Positions 37,749-46,696 of a stretch of DNA of 64,000 bases are shown one piece after another. The position numbers and the translations under genes were made by a program. The stretch comes from Methanomassiliicoccales archaeon UBA280 (lineage in GTDB: Archaea > Thermoplasmatota > Thermoplasmata > SG8-5). The notes below the pieces were generated by a model. The model saw nothing but the letters and a program-made list of their open reading frames with translations. It made no database searches and was not told where the DNA came from. The stretch covers positions 1,315-65,314 of the forward strand of contig DAKD01000032.1 of the NCBI GenBank assembly GCA_002499085.1, written 5' to 3'. The stretch's first letter is position 1. Each line of letters begins with the position of its first letter.

Positions 37749-39456
37749 TGTGCCTTATCCGCACTGCCTCGCCCCTGTCGGACTGGGCCATCTCCTCGCC
37801 TGGCATCCTGGCTGTTCCGGAGGCTGCCAGCTTCCCTGACCTGAGAATTGCGACCTCGTCGCCGACGCGTATCTGAGGGTCGGCCGACTCGACGCCGACC
37901 GCGAACAGGTTGCCCGTGAGCTCGAACTCTGACATGTGCACCGTGTGGATGCCGGCTCCGGCCAGGAGCTCCGCGCCTGCCAGGGTCGGAACCAGCATGC
38001 CATTGGCCTGGGATATGCTGGCCACCTGCTTCCTGTCCCTCAGAATCTTCACATTGGGATACCGCCCGGCAAGGGCGCAGCCCGAGAATATTTCCCCGGC
38101 CGGAAGCCCGAACTGGAACCCGGCCATGGAGGCTATTTCCTCGGATGAGCGGGATTTCCAGTCCTGGCGGTCCGGGGCCAATTCAGTAAGGGCTCGGGTC
38201 AGCGCTGCCAGGGACTCGTCCGATGTGGGGTTGGTGCCGCCGGTGACCCGGGCGTCGATGCCCTCCAGGAGCCTTGGGTCTCCGAGATGGTTTATTATGT
38301 GTGAATAATTATTAATTTTCAAATATTCTTTTAAGAGGATATTAATCATTCGCTTCTCGTCCTCGAACCAGTGGCCTGTTACGGGAATATCGTAATGCTG
38401 GGCCGGGAAGAACAGCTCCAGCTCCCTGGGCACCAGGCCAAGGGGGGAGGTGACTATGACCTCGTGGATTCGGGGGCCTGCGCGGCTCTGCTCGATTGCC
38501 CGCGCGAAGAAACCGTGGCTCTTGGACTGGGAATATGGCTTCCTGGCCGAGCACGGCAGAAGGACCAGGATATCGGGCGTCGGCGGCTTCCTGTACCTCT
38601 CCAGGACACGGTCCCTGAACCGGACTATGTCGGGCCTGCCCAGGGAAAGCCTGGTCGTGGCTGCAAATTTTCCGGAAACCAGGGGGAACCTGGATTCCTG
38701 ATAATGGTAGTGCTGCATGTCCAGGTGCCGGAGCATCTCAACCAGCTTGGGGGATGTCTTCGACCTGTATTCCACGAACTCGCGGATCGTGCCGTTGGCA
38801 ATCCTGGCCCGGGTGCGCAGGAGCTCGGAATGGAGGGCGGCAGTGTTGTGCGCATACAGGTTTCCCCCGGAACAGGCCTCGCAGGGGCACGGCTCCCTCT
38901 CCCCGCCCGCACTGAGCCATGCACCGTCCTGGGTCATGAACCAGCCCTCCGAGGAGAGAATCGCGACTCTGGCCGTGTCCAGGATATCCGCGCCCATATA
39001 GGCCAGGAGCGAGACGTTATTGGGCAATGCCACGGCCGGAAGGTACAGTGCGGCCTGGTAGCCGATGGCGTCCCTCACCCTCGCGACCGTGTCGATAAAT
39101 AACTTTGCATTATTATATAATTCAATTGAATTTTCCAAGATGAATAAATCTGCCTGGCCCCGCAGGGCTTTCAATGCCTCGGGATGGGCATTGAGCCTGA
39201 GAAGGCATGTGCGCTCGTGGAGAATAGGTTCGGCTCCAGCGTCCGAAGAATGCGGGTATCCGGAAAAATCCGGCAGGGAGATCTCCGTGCCCCCGGCCGA
39301 GACGGCATTGGCATCATTCCTCCTGGCCAGTGTAACCCCCGCACCGGGGAACCTCTCCGTGTCCAGCAACAGAACTGCGGGCGTGTCGATTCTCAGATCG
39401 CCCTCGGAATACCGCCCGATGCGGCCGCAGCCCGCCCTGGATATGACTTCGAACAT
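37741..39456 (-). CDS. arcS: Archaeosine synthase ArcS (TGT-like N-domain, Zn-binding CPCxxC, C-terminal PUA)
   Basis: TGT-like start (RIGRY...IDTPAVL), EPCPCEAC, a DUF5591-like middle and a PUA-like C-terminus (IRVGDEVAIL). Confidence 0.8.
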   Translation of the reverse strand: MFEVISRAGCGRIGRYSEGDLRIDTPAVLLLDTERFPGAGVTLARRNDANAVSAGGTEISLPDFSGYPHSSDAGAEPILHERTCLLRLNAHPEALKALRGQADLFILENSIELYNNAKLFIDTVARVRDAIGYQAALYLPAVALPNNVSLLAYMGADILDTARVAILSSEGWFMTQDGAWLSAGGEREPCPCEACSGGNLYAHNTAALHSELLRTRARIANGTIREFVEYRSKTSPKLVEMLRHLDMQHYHYQESRFPLVSGKFAATTRLSLGRPDIVRFRDRVLERYRKPPTPDILVLLPCSARKPYSQSKSHGFFARAIEQSRAGPRIHEVIVTSPLGLVPRELELFFPAQHYDIPVTGHWFEDEKRMINILLKEYLKINNYSHIINHLGDPRLLEGIDARVTGGTNPTSDESLAALTRALTELAPDRQDWKSRSSEEIASMAGFQFGLPAGEIFSGCALAGRYPNVKILRDRKQVASISQANGMLVPTLAGAELLAGAGIHTVHMSEFELTGNLFAVGVESADPQIRVGDEVAILRSGKLAASGTARMPGEEMAQSDRGEAVRIRHRI

Positions 39457-39504
39457 CGCTTGCCAATGGCCCCGGGGAATATTAAGGTTTCACATAGCCA
39501 TTCG

Positions 39505-39517
39505 AAAATATTATATA
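39505..39517 (+). promoter_or_regulatory. TATA-like box for the 5S rRNA gene
   Basis: AAAATATTATATA is centred ~28 nt upstream of the 5S 5' end. Confidence 0.5.
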
Positions 39518-39540
39518 CCGAACCCCTATGCTAGGCTTGG

Positions 39541-39662
39541 TTTGACGGTCAGAGCGGTGGGGCCACACCCGGTCTCATTCCGAACCCGGAAGTTAAGCCC
39601 ACCTGCGTTCTGCGCAGTACTGTGGTGCGAGAGCCCACGGAAAACGCAGAACGCTGTCAGCC
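39541..39662 (+). rRNA. rrf: 5S ribosomal RNA (stand-alone, not linked to 16S/23S in this window)
   Basis: Conserved core GGTGGGGCCACACCCGGTCTCATTCCGAACCCGGAAGTTAAGCCCACCTGCG. The terminal helix pairs UGACGG (5') with CUGUCA (3'). End coordinates are +/- 3 nt. Confidence 0.9.
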
Positions 39663-39717
39663 ACTTTTTTCTTTGGTTTCGAGCTGCGCTGGATTGCCCT
39701 CGGCAAAGAAAAAAGTG
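39662..39717 (+). terminator. T-run plus 14-bp perfect inverted repeat immediately 3' of 5S rRNA
   Basis: CACTTTTTTCTTTG (39662-75) pairs with CAAAGAAAAAAGTG (39704-17) around a 28-nt loop. Confidence 0.5.
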
Positions 39718-39896
39718 TATAAAAAAGCCATTAAAATTCTAACATAGAAACCTCGGGCAACCCTGCTCGCTCGAAAGACGACGGCGCAATCGCCGGGGCG
39801 ATTGCTCTTGGCCTTTGGTTGCAGGTCTCCCGCACTCTTTCCTCTGCATAACATTGAAATACATATATGGCATATTAGCCCCAAGGATGTGATGCA

Positions 39897-40601
39897 TTGG
39901 TCTCGGCACTGAACATTATAGGCAGCGACAAGAGCCTCCAGGATCACTGGGTGAAGCGATTCGTCGCCATTCTGATTGATTACATAATATTCTGGGTCAT
40001 CAGCACCATCGCGTTCTGGCTCATAATCATCCCCAGGGCTGCGGACCTGCCGTTTGTCTGGACAGTGTTCCAGCCGGGTCTTGCCGGCCTTTTCATGTTC
40101 CTGTACTCCACCATAATGGAGTCCATGGAGGGCGGCGCCACAATAGGCAAGCGCGTGATGAGCCTGAGGGTCATGGCCCTGGACGGAAATCTGGACATGG
40201 GGAAGGCCCTCATCCGCAATGTCTCCAAGGTTTACAGCCTCTTCCTGCTGCTTGACTGGCTTGTGGGCTTCGTCTCTGAGGGCGACCCGAAGCAGAAGTG
40301 GCTCGACAGGGTGGGCGGGACAACGGTCATCATAACGACGGCGCTCACGGACCAGGAGCAGCATATCTACCAGTCCCAGCAGTCCAAGTACGCGCCCCCG
40401 CCGCAGGAGCAGTACACGACCAGGCACGATTCTGCCTACCAGTACCCTCCGCCGCCACCGCCGAGCTCGGCCCCGCAGCAGCCCGCCGCCCAGGCAGCCC
40501 CGGCCCCGGACAATCAGCCGAAGTGCATAAGCTGCGGCGCCAGGGTGACCGAGACAGGCGCCGGCAGGCTGAAATGCATCAGGTGCGGCAAGATCCAGTA
40601 G
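39897..40601 (+). CDS. RDD-family membrane protein with Pro/Gln-rich linker and C-terminal zinc ribbon
   Basis: RDD-like WVKRFVAILIDYIIF...GATIGKRVMSLRV. C-terminal CISCG...CIRCG. Only a TTG start is available in frame. Confidence 0.7.
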   Translation: MVSALNIIGSDKSLQDHWVKRFVAILIDYIIFWVISTIAFWLIIIPRAADLPFVWTVFQPGLAGLFMFLYSTIMESMEGGATIGKRVMSLRVMALDGNLDMGKALIRNVSKVYSLFLLLDWLVGFVSEGDPKQKWLDRVGGTTVIITTALTDQEQHIYQSQQSKYAPPPQEQYTTRHDSAYQYPPPPPPSSAPQQPAAQAAPAPDNQPKCISCGARVTETGAGRLKCIRCGKIQ

Positions 40602-40609
40602 GACTTACA

Positions 40610-41380
40610 ATGATTGACGATGTCGAGGTGACCAGGAAGATTTTCGAGCGCTATTCCAGGGAGTTCCTGGGCCTCACCCGAACGGATGTGGTTGTGGCCG
40701 GCGCGGGTCCTGCAGGCCTCACAGCCGCAAGGATACTTGCCCGGGCGGGAAAGAGAGTGCTGATAATAGAGAGAAAACTTGCCCCAGGCGGAGGCATGTG
40801 GGGCGGCGGGATGAACTACCCGGTCATTGTCATCCAGCCCGAGTCAAAGCACCTTCTCGAGGACGTGAATGTGAAGGTCGAGGATGCGGGAAACGGGTAT
40901 TACACTGCCGATTCCGTGGAATGCGTCGCCAAGCTACTGGCTGCGGCAATCGACGCAGGCGCCAAGGTCTGGAACGCCGTCACCGTGGAGGACGTGATGC
41001 TGCGCCGGGGAAGGATCTGCGGCGTGGTCATGAACTGGACCGGCGTGAGCCTGGCCAAGATGCACGTGGACCCTCTGAGCATAGGCGCGGAATATGTCAT
41101 CGATGGCACGGGCCATGATGCCAGCGTCTGCACGGTCGCGCGCAGGAAGGCAGGAAAGCTGGACACGCCCAACGGCGATGTGATGGGCGAGCGTTCCATG
41201 TGGGCCGAGGTCGGGGAGCAGACTGTGGTCGAGAACACGAAAGAGGTGTTCCCCGGGCTGATAGTGGTGGGAATGGCCGCGAACGCTGTCATGGGCGCGC
41301 CCAGGATGGGGCCGATTTTCGGGGGCATGCTCCTGTCGGGCGAGAAGGCTGCCAACCTGATACTTTCCAGGCTCGGATGA
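40610..41380 (+). CDS. thi4: Thiazole synthase Thi4 (archaeal ADP-thiazole synthase)
   Basis: FAD/NAD fold VVVAGAGPAGLTAA, GGGMWGGGM and IDGTGHDA motifs. Start trimmed to MIDDVEV at 40610. Confidence 0.9.
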   Translation: MIDDVEVTRKIFERYSREFLGLTRTDVVVAGAGPAGLTAARILARAGKRVLIIERKLAPGGGMWGGGMNYPVIVIQPESKHLLEDVNVKVEDAGNGYYTADSVECVAKLLAAAIDAGAKVWNAVTVEDVMLRRGRICGVVMNWTGVSLAKMHVDPLSIGAEYVIDGTGHDASVCTVARRKAGKLDTPNGDVMGERSMWAEVGEQTVVENTKEVFPGLIVVGMAANAVMGAPRMGPIFGGMLLSGEKAANLILSRLG

Positions 41381-41427
41381 CCAAAGTTTTATAGTGAGGG
41401 CGGCTATTCGCGGGACAGAGTGCATAC

Positions 41428-41814
41428 ATGACTGACGACATAGAGATGCTTGCAAGGCGCCTTCGCGAGACACCGGACAGGCCCATTTCAGTGCCTGACC
41501 TGGCAGCAGAGTTCGGGCTTTCAGAGCCCAGGATGGCCATGGGGGTCGGGGACCTGATGAAGCGCAAGGGCTTTTACGACCTGGGTGAGGGCAGGGTCAT
41601 GTTCACGGGAAATGCAGACCTTGCGGCATTCGAGATCTTCAGGACCGCGGCAATGCACATCACATTCGACGAGTATATCCGGTACAGGGACCAGCCCCAT
41701 GTGCTGATGAGGATGTCCAGGGACAGGGAAGTGGCCCACGGCTCGGAACCCGAGCAGCTTCTCAAGGATGCTGTCAGGGAGAAGGAAAGACCAAGGGGGA
41801 GTAAGTTTAGCTAA
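41428..41814 (+). CDS. Hypothetical protein (wHTH-like N-terminus)
   Basis: ORF. Overlaps the next ORF by 47 nt in a different frame. Confidence 0.5.
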   Translation: MTDDIEMLARRLRETPDRPISVPDLAAEFGLSEPRMAMGVGDLMKRKGFYDLGEGRVMFTGNADLAAFEIFRTAAMHITFDEYIRYRDQPHVLMRMSRDREVAHGSEPEQLLKDAVREKERPRGSKFS

Positions 41815-41902
41815 CCACCGGTCCCCCAGGCCGAGGCAGGCGCCGGACAGGCGGCCCAGGAGGGTGCAGACCCCCAAGAAGAAGCGCCTGAACCTGAGGC
41901 GC

Positions 41903-42118
41903 ATGATCGAATTCAAGTATGAGCTGAGCAAGATACTTGCCCCTCTTCCGGAGAACATCACGGGCACCATGAAGGGCTCGATAATCGCCAAGGCAGACAA
42001 GATGGACATGGACGCGGCCATGGACTTCATCGACCAGAAGACTGACGACAAGACCATATCGGAAGAGACGCGCGAGGAACTTTACAAGCTTCTGAAATAT
42101 TTCTGCGTCTACCGCTAA
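41903..42118 (+). CDS. Hypothetical small acidic protein, or the C-terminal part of a frameshifted gene starting at 41428
   Basis: The ORF remains open upstream to 41768 across a highly basic stretch. The first Met after the basic stretch is at 41903. Confidence 0.45.
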   Translation: MIEFKYELSKILAPLPENITGTMKGSIIAKADKMDMDAAMDFIDQKTDDKTISEETREELYKLLKYFCVYR

Positions 42119-42164
42119 TTTTTAATTCTCTCAGGAGATACAGTACTCAAAGGGAGGCATCAGA

Positions 42165-42809
42165 ATGCTGATAAGGTGGCACGGGCATTCCTGTTTCGAG
42201 ATAGGGAGCGACAGCGGGATCACCCTGGTGACAGACCCGCATGACGGCAAGTCCATAGGCATCAAGCAGCCGGTCGTGGCTGCCAACATTGTCCTGATGA
42301 GCCATGACCATTTCGACCACAACTGCGAGCGGATAGTTCAGGGCCTGGACAAGAAGCTGGTCACCAAGGCCGGCTCCCACACAGCCAGGGAAATCCCAAT
42401 TTTGGGAGTGGCCACATGGCATGACGAGGAGGAGGGGAAGAAGCGCGGCCAGAACATCGCGTTCAGGTTCGAGGTCGACGGGATGAGGCTCTGCCACCTC
42501 GGGGACCTGGGCCAGGTCCTGGACGATGCCCAGTCGGAGAAAATCGGCCCCGTTGACATTCTGTTCATACCGGTCGGCGGTACCTTCACGCTGGACGCGG
42601 AAATGGCATGGAAGGTCGTGAGGAAGCTGAAGCCCAGAATCGTGATACCGATGCATTTCAGAATCGGCGGGCTCTCCCTTTCCATTGCACCGGTCGACGG
42701 GTTCCTGGCGAAGGCCAGGAAGGACTCGGTCGTGAAGGTGGGAAACGAGATAGAGATGACAACGGAAGATTTGCCTCAGGAACAAGAGATATGGGTTTTC
42801 AGCCTGTAA
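42165..42809 (+). CDS. MBL-fold metal-dependent hydrolase (UPF0173-like)
   Basis: SHDHFDH metal-binding motif and a beta-lactamase-fold pattern. Confidence 0.85.
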   Translation: MLIRWHGHSCFEIGSDSGITLVTDPHDGKSIGIKQPVVAANIVLMSHDHFDHNCERIVQGLDKKLVTKAGSHTAREIPILGVATWHDEEEGKKRGQNIAFRFEVDGMRLCHLGDLGQVLDDAQSEKIGPVDILFIPVGGTFTLDAEMAWKVVRKLKPRIVIPMHFRIGGLSLSIAPVDGFLAKARKDSVVKVGNEIEMTTEDLPQEQEIWVFSL

Positions 42810-42852
42810 TTCCATAACCATTCCGCTTTCAAATCGCCGGTTACGGAATTAC
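42806..42852 (+). terminator. Hairpin overlapping the stop codon of the MBL hydrolase gene
   Basis: GTAATTCCATAACC (42806-19) pairs with GGTTACGGAATTAC (42839-52): 14 bp with one mismatch. Confidence 0.45.
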
Positions 42853-43140
42853 AGAAATTGTTGAATGAATTTGTTGCGAGATTGCTCATTCAAGGCGAAC
42901 GCCTTTATTTTCCATCCGAAGTCCTTTCCCTCCATCCGAGGCCTTCGGCACTCGGAACGATTCAGCTCCGGCGTTCACCGATTGCTCATAGGATGTTGCG
43001 AGCCGCATGGCCGCTCGAATCCGCTAAAATTCAATGCCGCGCCATGGTCGAACCTCTGCGCAGATGTGTCGGTGGGCGGTTCAACTTTCGTAAGGTGTTC
43101 ATGATAACATATGAACACTTTCGGCAACCCCCCGTCAATG

Positions 43141-43148
43141 TTTAAATA
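43141..43148 (+). promoter_or_regulatory. TATA box of the cas operon (leaderless cas6 mRNA predicted)
   Basis: TTTAAATA is centred ~26 nt upstream of the cas6 ATG (43170). Confidence 0.45.
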
Positions 43149-43169
43149 CCCTCCAACCGATTAGGGTGT

Positions 43170-43886
43170 ATGCACGTCACGGTGCAGTTGAATAGAGTAG
43201 GGGGGAAAGACGCGTCCTACGACCACAACTTCCATCTCGGAAGCGCGGTCTACACATTATTGAAAGAAAACGGGGACGGCGCAGCGGAAGCACTCCATGA
43301 GTCACATTATCGTTCAGCTTATGTTTTATCGGAAATTCACAGGGTCGGCGGAAAGCCAGGCGAGGCCTGGTTCCGGGTAGGGACAGAAAATGATGCGGTC
43401 CTCAAGATAATATCTAGGGCACTGCCTTCCAGCCAGAAACTCCATGTAGGCGGAGCTGAGTTCGTGGTCACAGGCCAAAATTTGGATGACCCGGTCGTCC
43501 GCCCAGGGGAGTTCATCACCCTCAGCCCCATCCTCCTGCGGGACAGGGAAACGGGCAAGAGCATCGTGCATGACACCCCGGGTTACAAAGAAACCCTGGA
43601 AGCGGCAATCAACGCCCAGATAAAGAATTACATGAAAGTCGATGGAACCGTAAAGCTCATACACTTCGAGCCCCAGGCTGTCAGGAAGCGCACAATCAAG
43701 GAGAAAACGGTTCTGGCGCAGAAGGGCCGGTTGCTGCTGGACGGGGAGGAGGAGCAGTTGCGGTTCTTGGTGAACCATGGCGTGGGGTTGAGCCCGGCGT
43801 TGGGGTTCGGGATGGTGGTGGGAGCCAATGATAGGTGTACTTACAACGATGAGGAAGATATATATCATTATCACAGGGGTGAATGA
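43170..43886 (+). CDS. cas6: CRISPR endoribonuclease Cas6 (stand-alone)
   Basis: Dual-RRM-sized protein with a C-terminal glycine-rich loop GVGLSPALGFGMVV typical of Cas6. GC-rich like the host. Confidence 0.8.
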   Translation: MHVTVQLNRVGGKDASYDHNFHLGSAVYTLLKENGDGAAEALHESHYRSAYVLSEIHRVGGKPGEAWFRVGTENDAVLKIISRALPSSQKLHVGGAEFVVTGQNLDDPVVRPGEFITLSPILLRDRETGKSIVHDTPGYKETLEAAINAQIKNYMKVDGTVKLIHFEPQAVRKRTIKEKTVLAQKGRLLLDGEEEQLRFLVNHGVGLSPALGFGMVVGANDRCTYNDEEDIYHYHRGE

Positions 43887-46696
43887 TGTCCCAAGTGAGT
43901 TCACCTAACAATACACAAAAATGGATTGCTGGTGCATTAGGATTGAAAAATAATGATTCCCCGTTTTCATGGCAAATGAGGCTCTTTGAAAACTTCAAGA
44001 AAGGTGAAATTCCTCGCTTACTCGATATCCCCACAGGACTTGGCAAAACTGGTGTTATGGCCATATGGCTCGTAGCACGGGCTATCGGCGCACCAATGCC
44101 TCGTCGACTTGTCTACATCGTGGATAGGCGAGCCGTTGTAGATCAGGCAACGGAAGTGGCGCTTAACATTCGGACCTTCGTGGAAAATACGCCAGAATTG
44201 AAAAAAAATCTCGATTTGGAGGCACATGCACTTCCAATCTCCACCCTCCGCGGTAAATTTGTAGATAACAAGGAATGGCTAGAAAATCCAGTTTCACCCG
44301 CAATTATCGTTGGGACCATTGACATGATTGGTTCTCGACTTTTATTTGAGGGATATAATGTTTCACGCAGGATGCGACCGTTTCATGCAGCCCTCCTCGG
44401 AACAGATTCACTCATTGTCCTTGACGAGGCTCATTTAGTACCGCCTTTCGAGAAACTTCTTGAAACTATTGATGATGGCAAGAATGTTTTTGGCCCATAC
44501 AAAGAGGAACAGAAAATAATTATACCCACATTCAAACTTATTGCATTGTCTGCCACAGGCCAGTCAGATTCGGGAACTATTTTCAATATCGATAATGCAG
44601 ATTTGAAAGTTGGCACTGTCACTTCTCAACGTCTTAATGCTAAAAAACAAATTGTTATTGAGGACATCGAAGATGGAAAGGAATTATCAGAGGCCCTAGC
44701 AAAGAATGCCTGGAAACTCTCTGAAAATGGCAAACTCGCTGTTAAAATTGTTGTATTCTGCGATAAACGCGAAGATGCTGAGAAAGTTAAGAAAGCCATT
44801 GAGAAGCACTCGATGGGCGTTAATAAGAAAGAAAAACCACCCATTGAACTCCTTGTTGGTAGTCGTCGTGTATACGAAAGGGAGAAAGTTGCACAATGGC
44901 TAAAAATTCATGGTTTCGCAGATAAAGATATAAATGTGGAGGAGCCCACATTTTTAGTTGCGACTTCTGCTGGTGAGGTTGGAGTTGATCTTGATGCGGA
45001 CCATATGGTTTCCGACCTTGTCGCTTGGGAGCGCATGGTACAACGCCTTGGACGGGTGAATCGATTTGGCAATGGTGCTGCTCGCGTGAATATAATAGTG
45101 TCATACGACAAAAAGGCACCAGACGCATATAAGAAAACACCAGAAATTCGTAATGAAAATGAACAAGAATTAGCAGAAAAATACGAGAGGTTAATAGCGA
45201 CACGTGAACTACTCGCCAAATTGCCTAAAATTAATGGAGGTTATGATGGCAGTCCAATAGCATTATGCAACCTAAAGAATATGGCAAATAACAATGATGA
45301 ATTAAAATCCCTTTTCGATAAAGCTATTACGCCATCGCCCCTAAGGCCAGCCCTTACACGGCCTTTAGTGGATGCTTGGTCTATGACATCCCTCAAGGAA
45401 CATACAGGGCGACCAGAGATTGGTCCCTGGTTGCGCGGATGGGTAGATGATAAACCGCGAGTGTCGGTTATCTGGCGAAAGTACCTACCTGTTCGTTGGT
45501 CAGGGGACAGACGGGTTAGTGTTTCAGCAAGCGAGACAGAAGCTTTTTTTGAAGCCGCACCACCTCATATGAGTGAAATGCTCGAAACAGAATCATATCG
45601 AGTCGTTGAATGGCTCAAGAAACGTGCAAAAATTATTGAACCACCCCAGTTTGTCGGTTCTTCTGCAGACACCGACAATGAAGATCAAGATATTCATTAT
45701 CTCATTCAAGAAGATGATATAGTGGCTAATGTTTTGTCACCAGCTCATGAAATTAAAAAACTCCTCACATTGAGCAATCTTCTGCAAGAAAAAGAGGAAC
45801 TGGATGATTTATCATCGGGTTGCATTATTGTCCTTGACGCACGTATTGGAGGGCTGAGTGATGGACTTCTCGATAAAGATAAAAAATCAACTCCGCGAAC
45901 AGCCGACGATGGTCAACTGTGGACGCAAGTAGGTTCAGAAAATGCGCAGTCCACACCAGTTGTTCATTTTCGTATCAGAAAAATGAATGAAGAATTGGAC
46001 GAAGATGTTAATGAAGAGTGGCACGAAAGCCTTAGATTTCCCACGAAAGTCATGGAAGATGGGGAGTCATCTGAGTGGCTTATTATCGAAAAATGGCATG
46101 GCTCCTCCGAAACAGAAGAAAGTCGCTCAACTGGATATCTCCAACTTCTGGACAATCACAAAGAAGAGGTGGAGAAAAAGGTGCAATTCATCGCGGACAA
46201 ACTGAGCTTTCCTGAGGAATATGCAAACATGCTTCGCATCACGGCGAGACTACATGATGAAGGTAAAAGGGTCAATTGTTGGCAGCAGGCATTTAACGCA
46301 CCCAAAGATGGAAGAACCTATGCCAAGACGAAAGGACCCATAGATCAGGACATTCTAAACAAATACCGACATGAACTTGGTTCTCTATTATTTGCAGAGA
46401 AAGACCCTGAACTTTTGGCTCTTCCAGAAGATAAGCGCGAGTTAGCACTTCATATGATTACAGCCCATCATGGATTCGCCCGTCCAGTCATAACCACACA
46501 TGGCTGTGAGGAAGCACCGCCATCGTTGTTGAATGAAAAATCAAAGGAGATTGCCTTACGCTTTGCACGATTACAGAAACAATGGGGACCGTGGGGTCTC
46601 GCCTGGTGGGAAACAGTACTCAGGGCAGCAGATCAACAGGCATCACGTGTTGATGAAGAAACTATTAACACGAATGGAGGAAAACGCGATGGCTGA
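43883..46696 (+). CDS. cas3: Cas3 helicase with C-terminal HD nuclease (type I-G/I-U architecture)
   Basis: Walker A PTGLGKTGV and DEAH box VLDEAHL. The HD domain is at the C-terminus (RLHDEGKR...HELGS...ITAHHG). ATGA overlap with cas6. AT-rich. Confidence 0.9.
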   Translation: MMSQVSSPNNTQKWIAGALGLKNNDSPFSWQMRLFENFKKGEIPRLLDIPTGLGKTGVMAIWLVARAIGAPMPRRLVYIVDRRAVVDQATEVALNIRTFVENTPELKKNLDLEAHALPISTLRGKFVDNKEWLENPVSPAIIVGTIDMIGSRLLFEGYNVSRRMRPFHAALLGTDSLIVLDEAHLVPPFEKLLETIDDGKNVFGPYKEEQKIIIPTFKLIALSATGQSDSGTIFNIDNADLKVGTVTSQRLNAKKQIVIEDIEDGKELSEALAKNAWKLSENGKLAVKIVVFCDKREDAEKVKKAIEKHSMGVNKKEKPPIELLVGSRRVYEREKVAQWLKIHGFADKDINVEEPTFLVATSAGEVGVDLDADHMVSDLVAWERMVQRLGRVNRFGNGAARVNIIVSYDKKAPDAYKKTPEIRNENEQELAEKYERLIATRELLAKLPKINGGYDGSPIALCNLKNMANNNDELKSLFDKAITPSPLRPALTRPLVDAWSMTSLKEHTGRPEIGPWLRGWVDDKPRVSVIWRKYLPVRWSGDRRVSVSASETEAFFEAAPPHMSEMLETESYRVVEWLKKRAKIIEPPQFVGSSADTDNEDQDIHYLIQEDDIVANVLSPAHEIKKLLTLSNLLQEKEELDDLSSGCIIVLDARIGGLSDGLLDKDKKSTPRTADDGQLWTQVGSENAQSTPVVHFRIRKMNEELDEDVNEEWHESLRFPTKVMEDGESSEWLIIEKWHGSSETEESRSTGYLQLLDNHKEEVEKKVQFIADKLSFPEEYANMLRITARLHDEGKRVNCWQQAFNAPKDGRTYAKTKGPIDQDILNKYRHELGSLLFAEKDPELLALPEDKRELALHMITAHHGFARPVITTHGCEEAPPSLLNEKSKEIALRFARLQKQWGPWGLAWWETVLRAADQQASRVDEETINTNGGKRDG

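Noticed and set aside
39657-40427. 256-aa minus-strand ORF, and the 40298 start of the Thi4 ORF
   Set aside because: The minus-strand ORF is antisense to the RDD-family gene. The Thi4 ORF upstream of 40610 overlaps the RDD gene in another frame and lacks Thi4 similarity.
42850-43170. Degenerate second CRISPR array or leader upstream of cas6
   Set aside because: No repeat-spacer periodicity and no similarity to the 32-nt repeat. Only a short palindrome and a rearranged motif pair are present.
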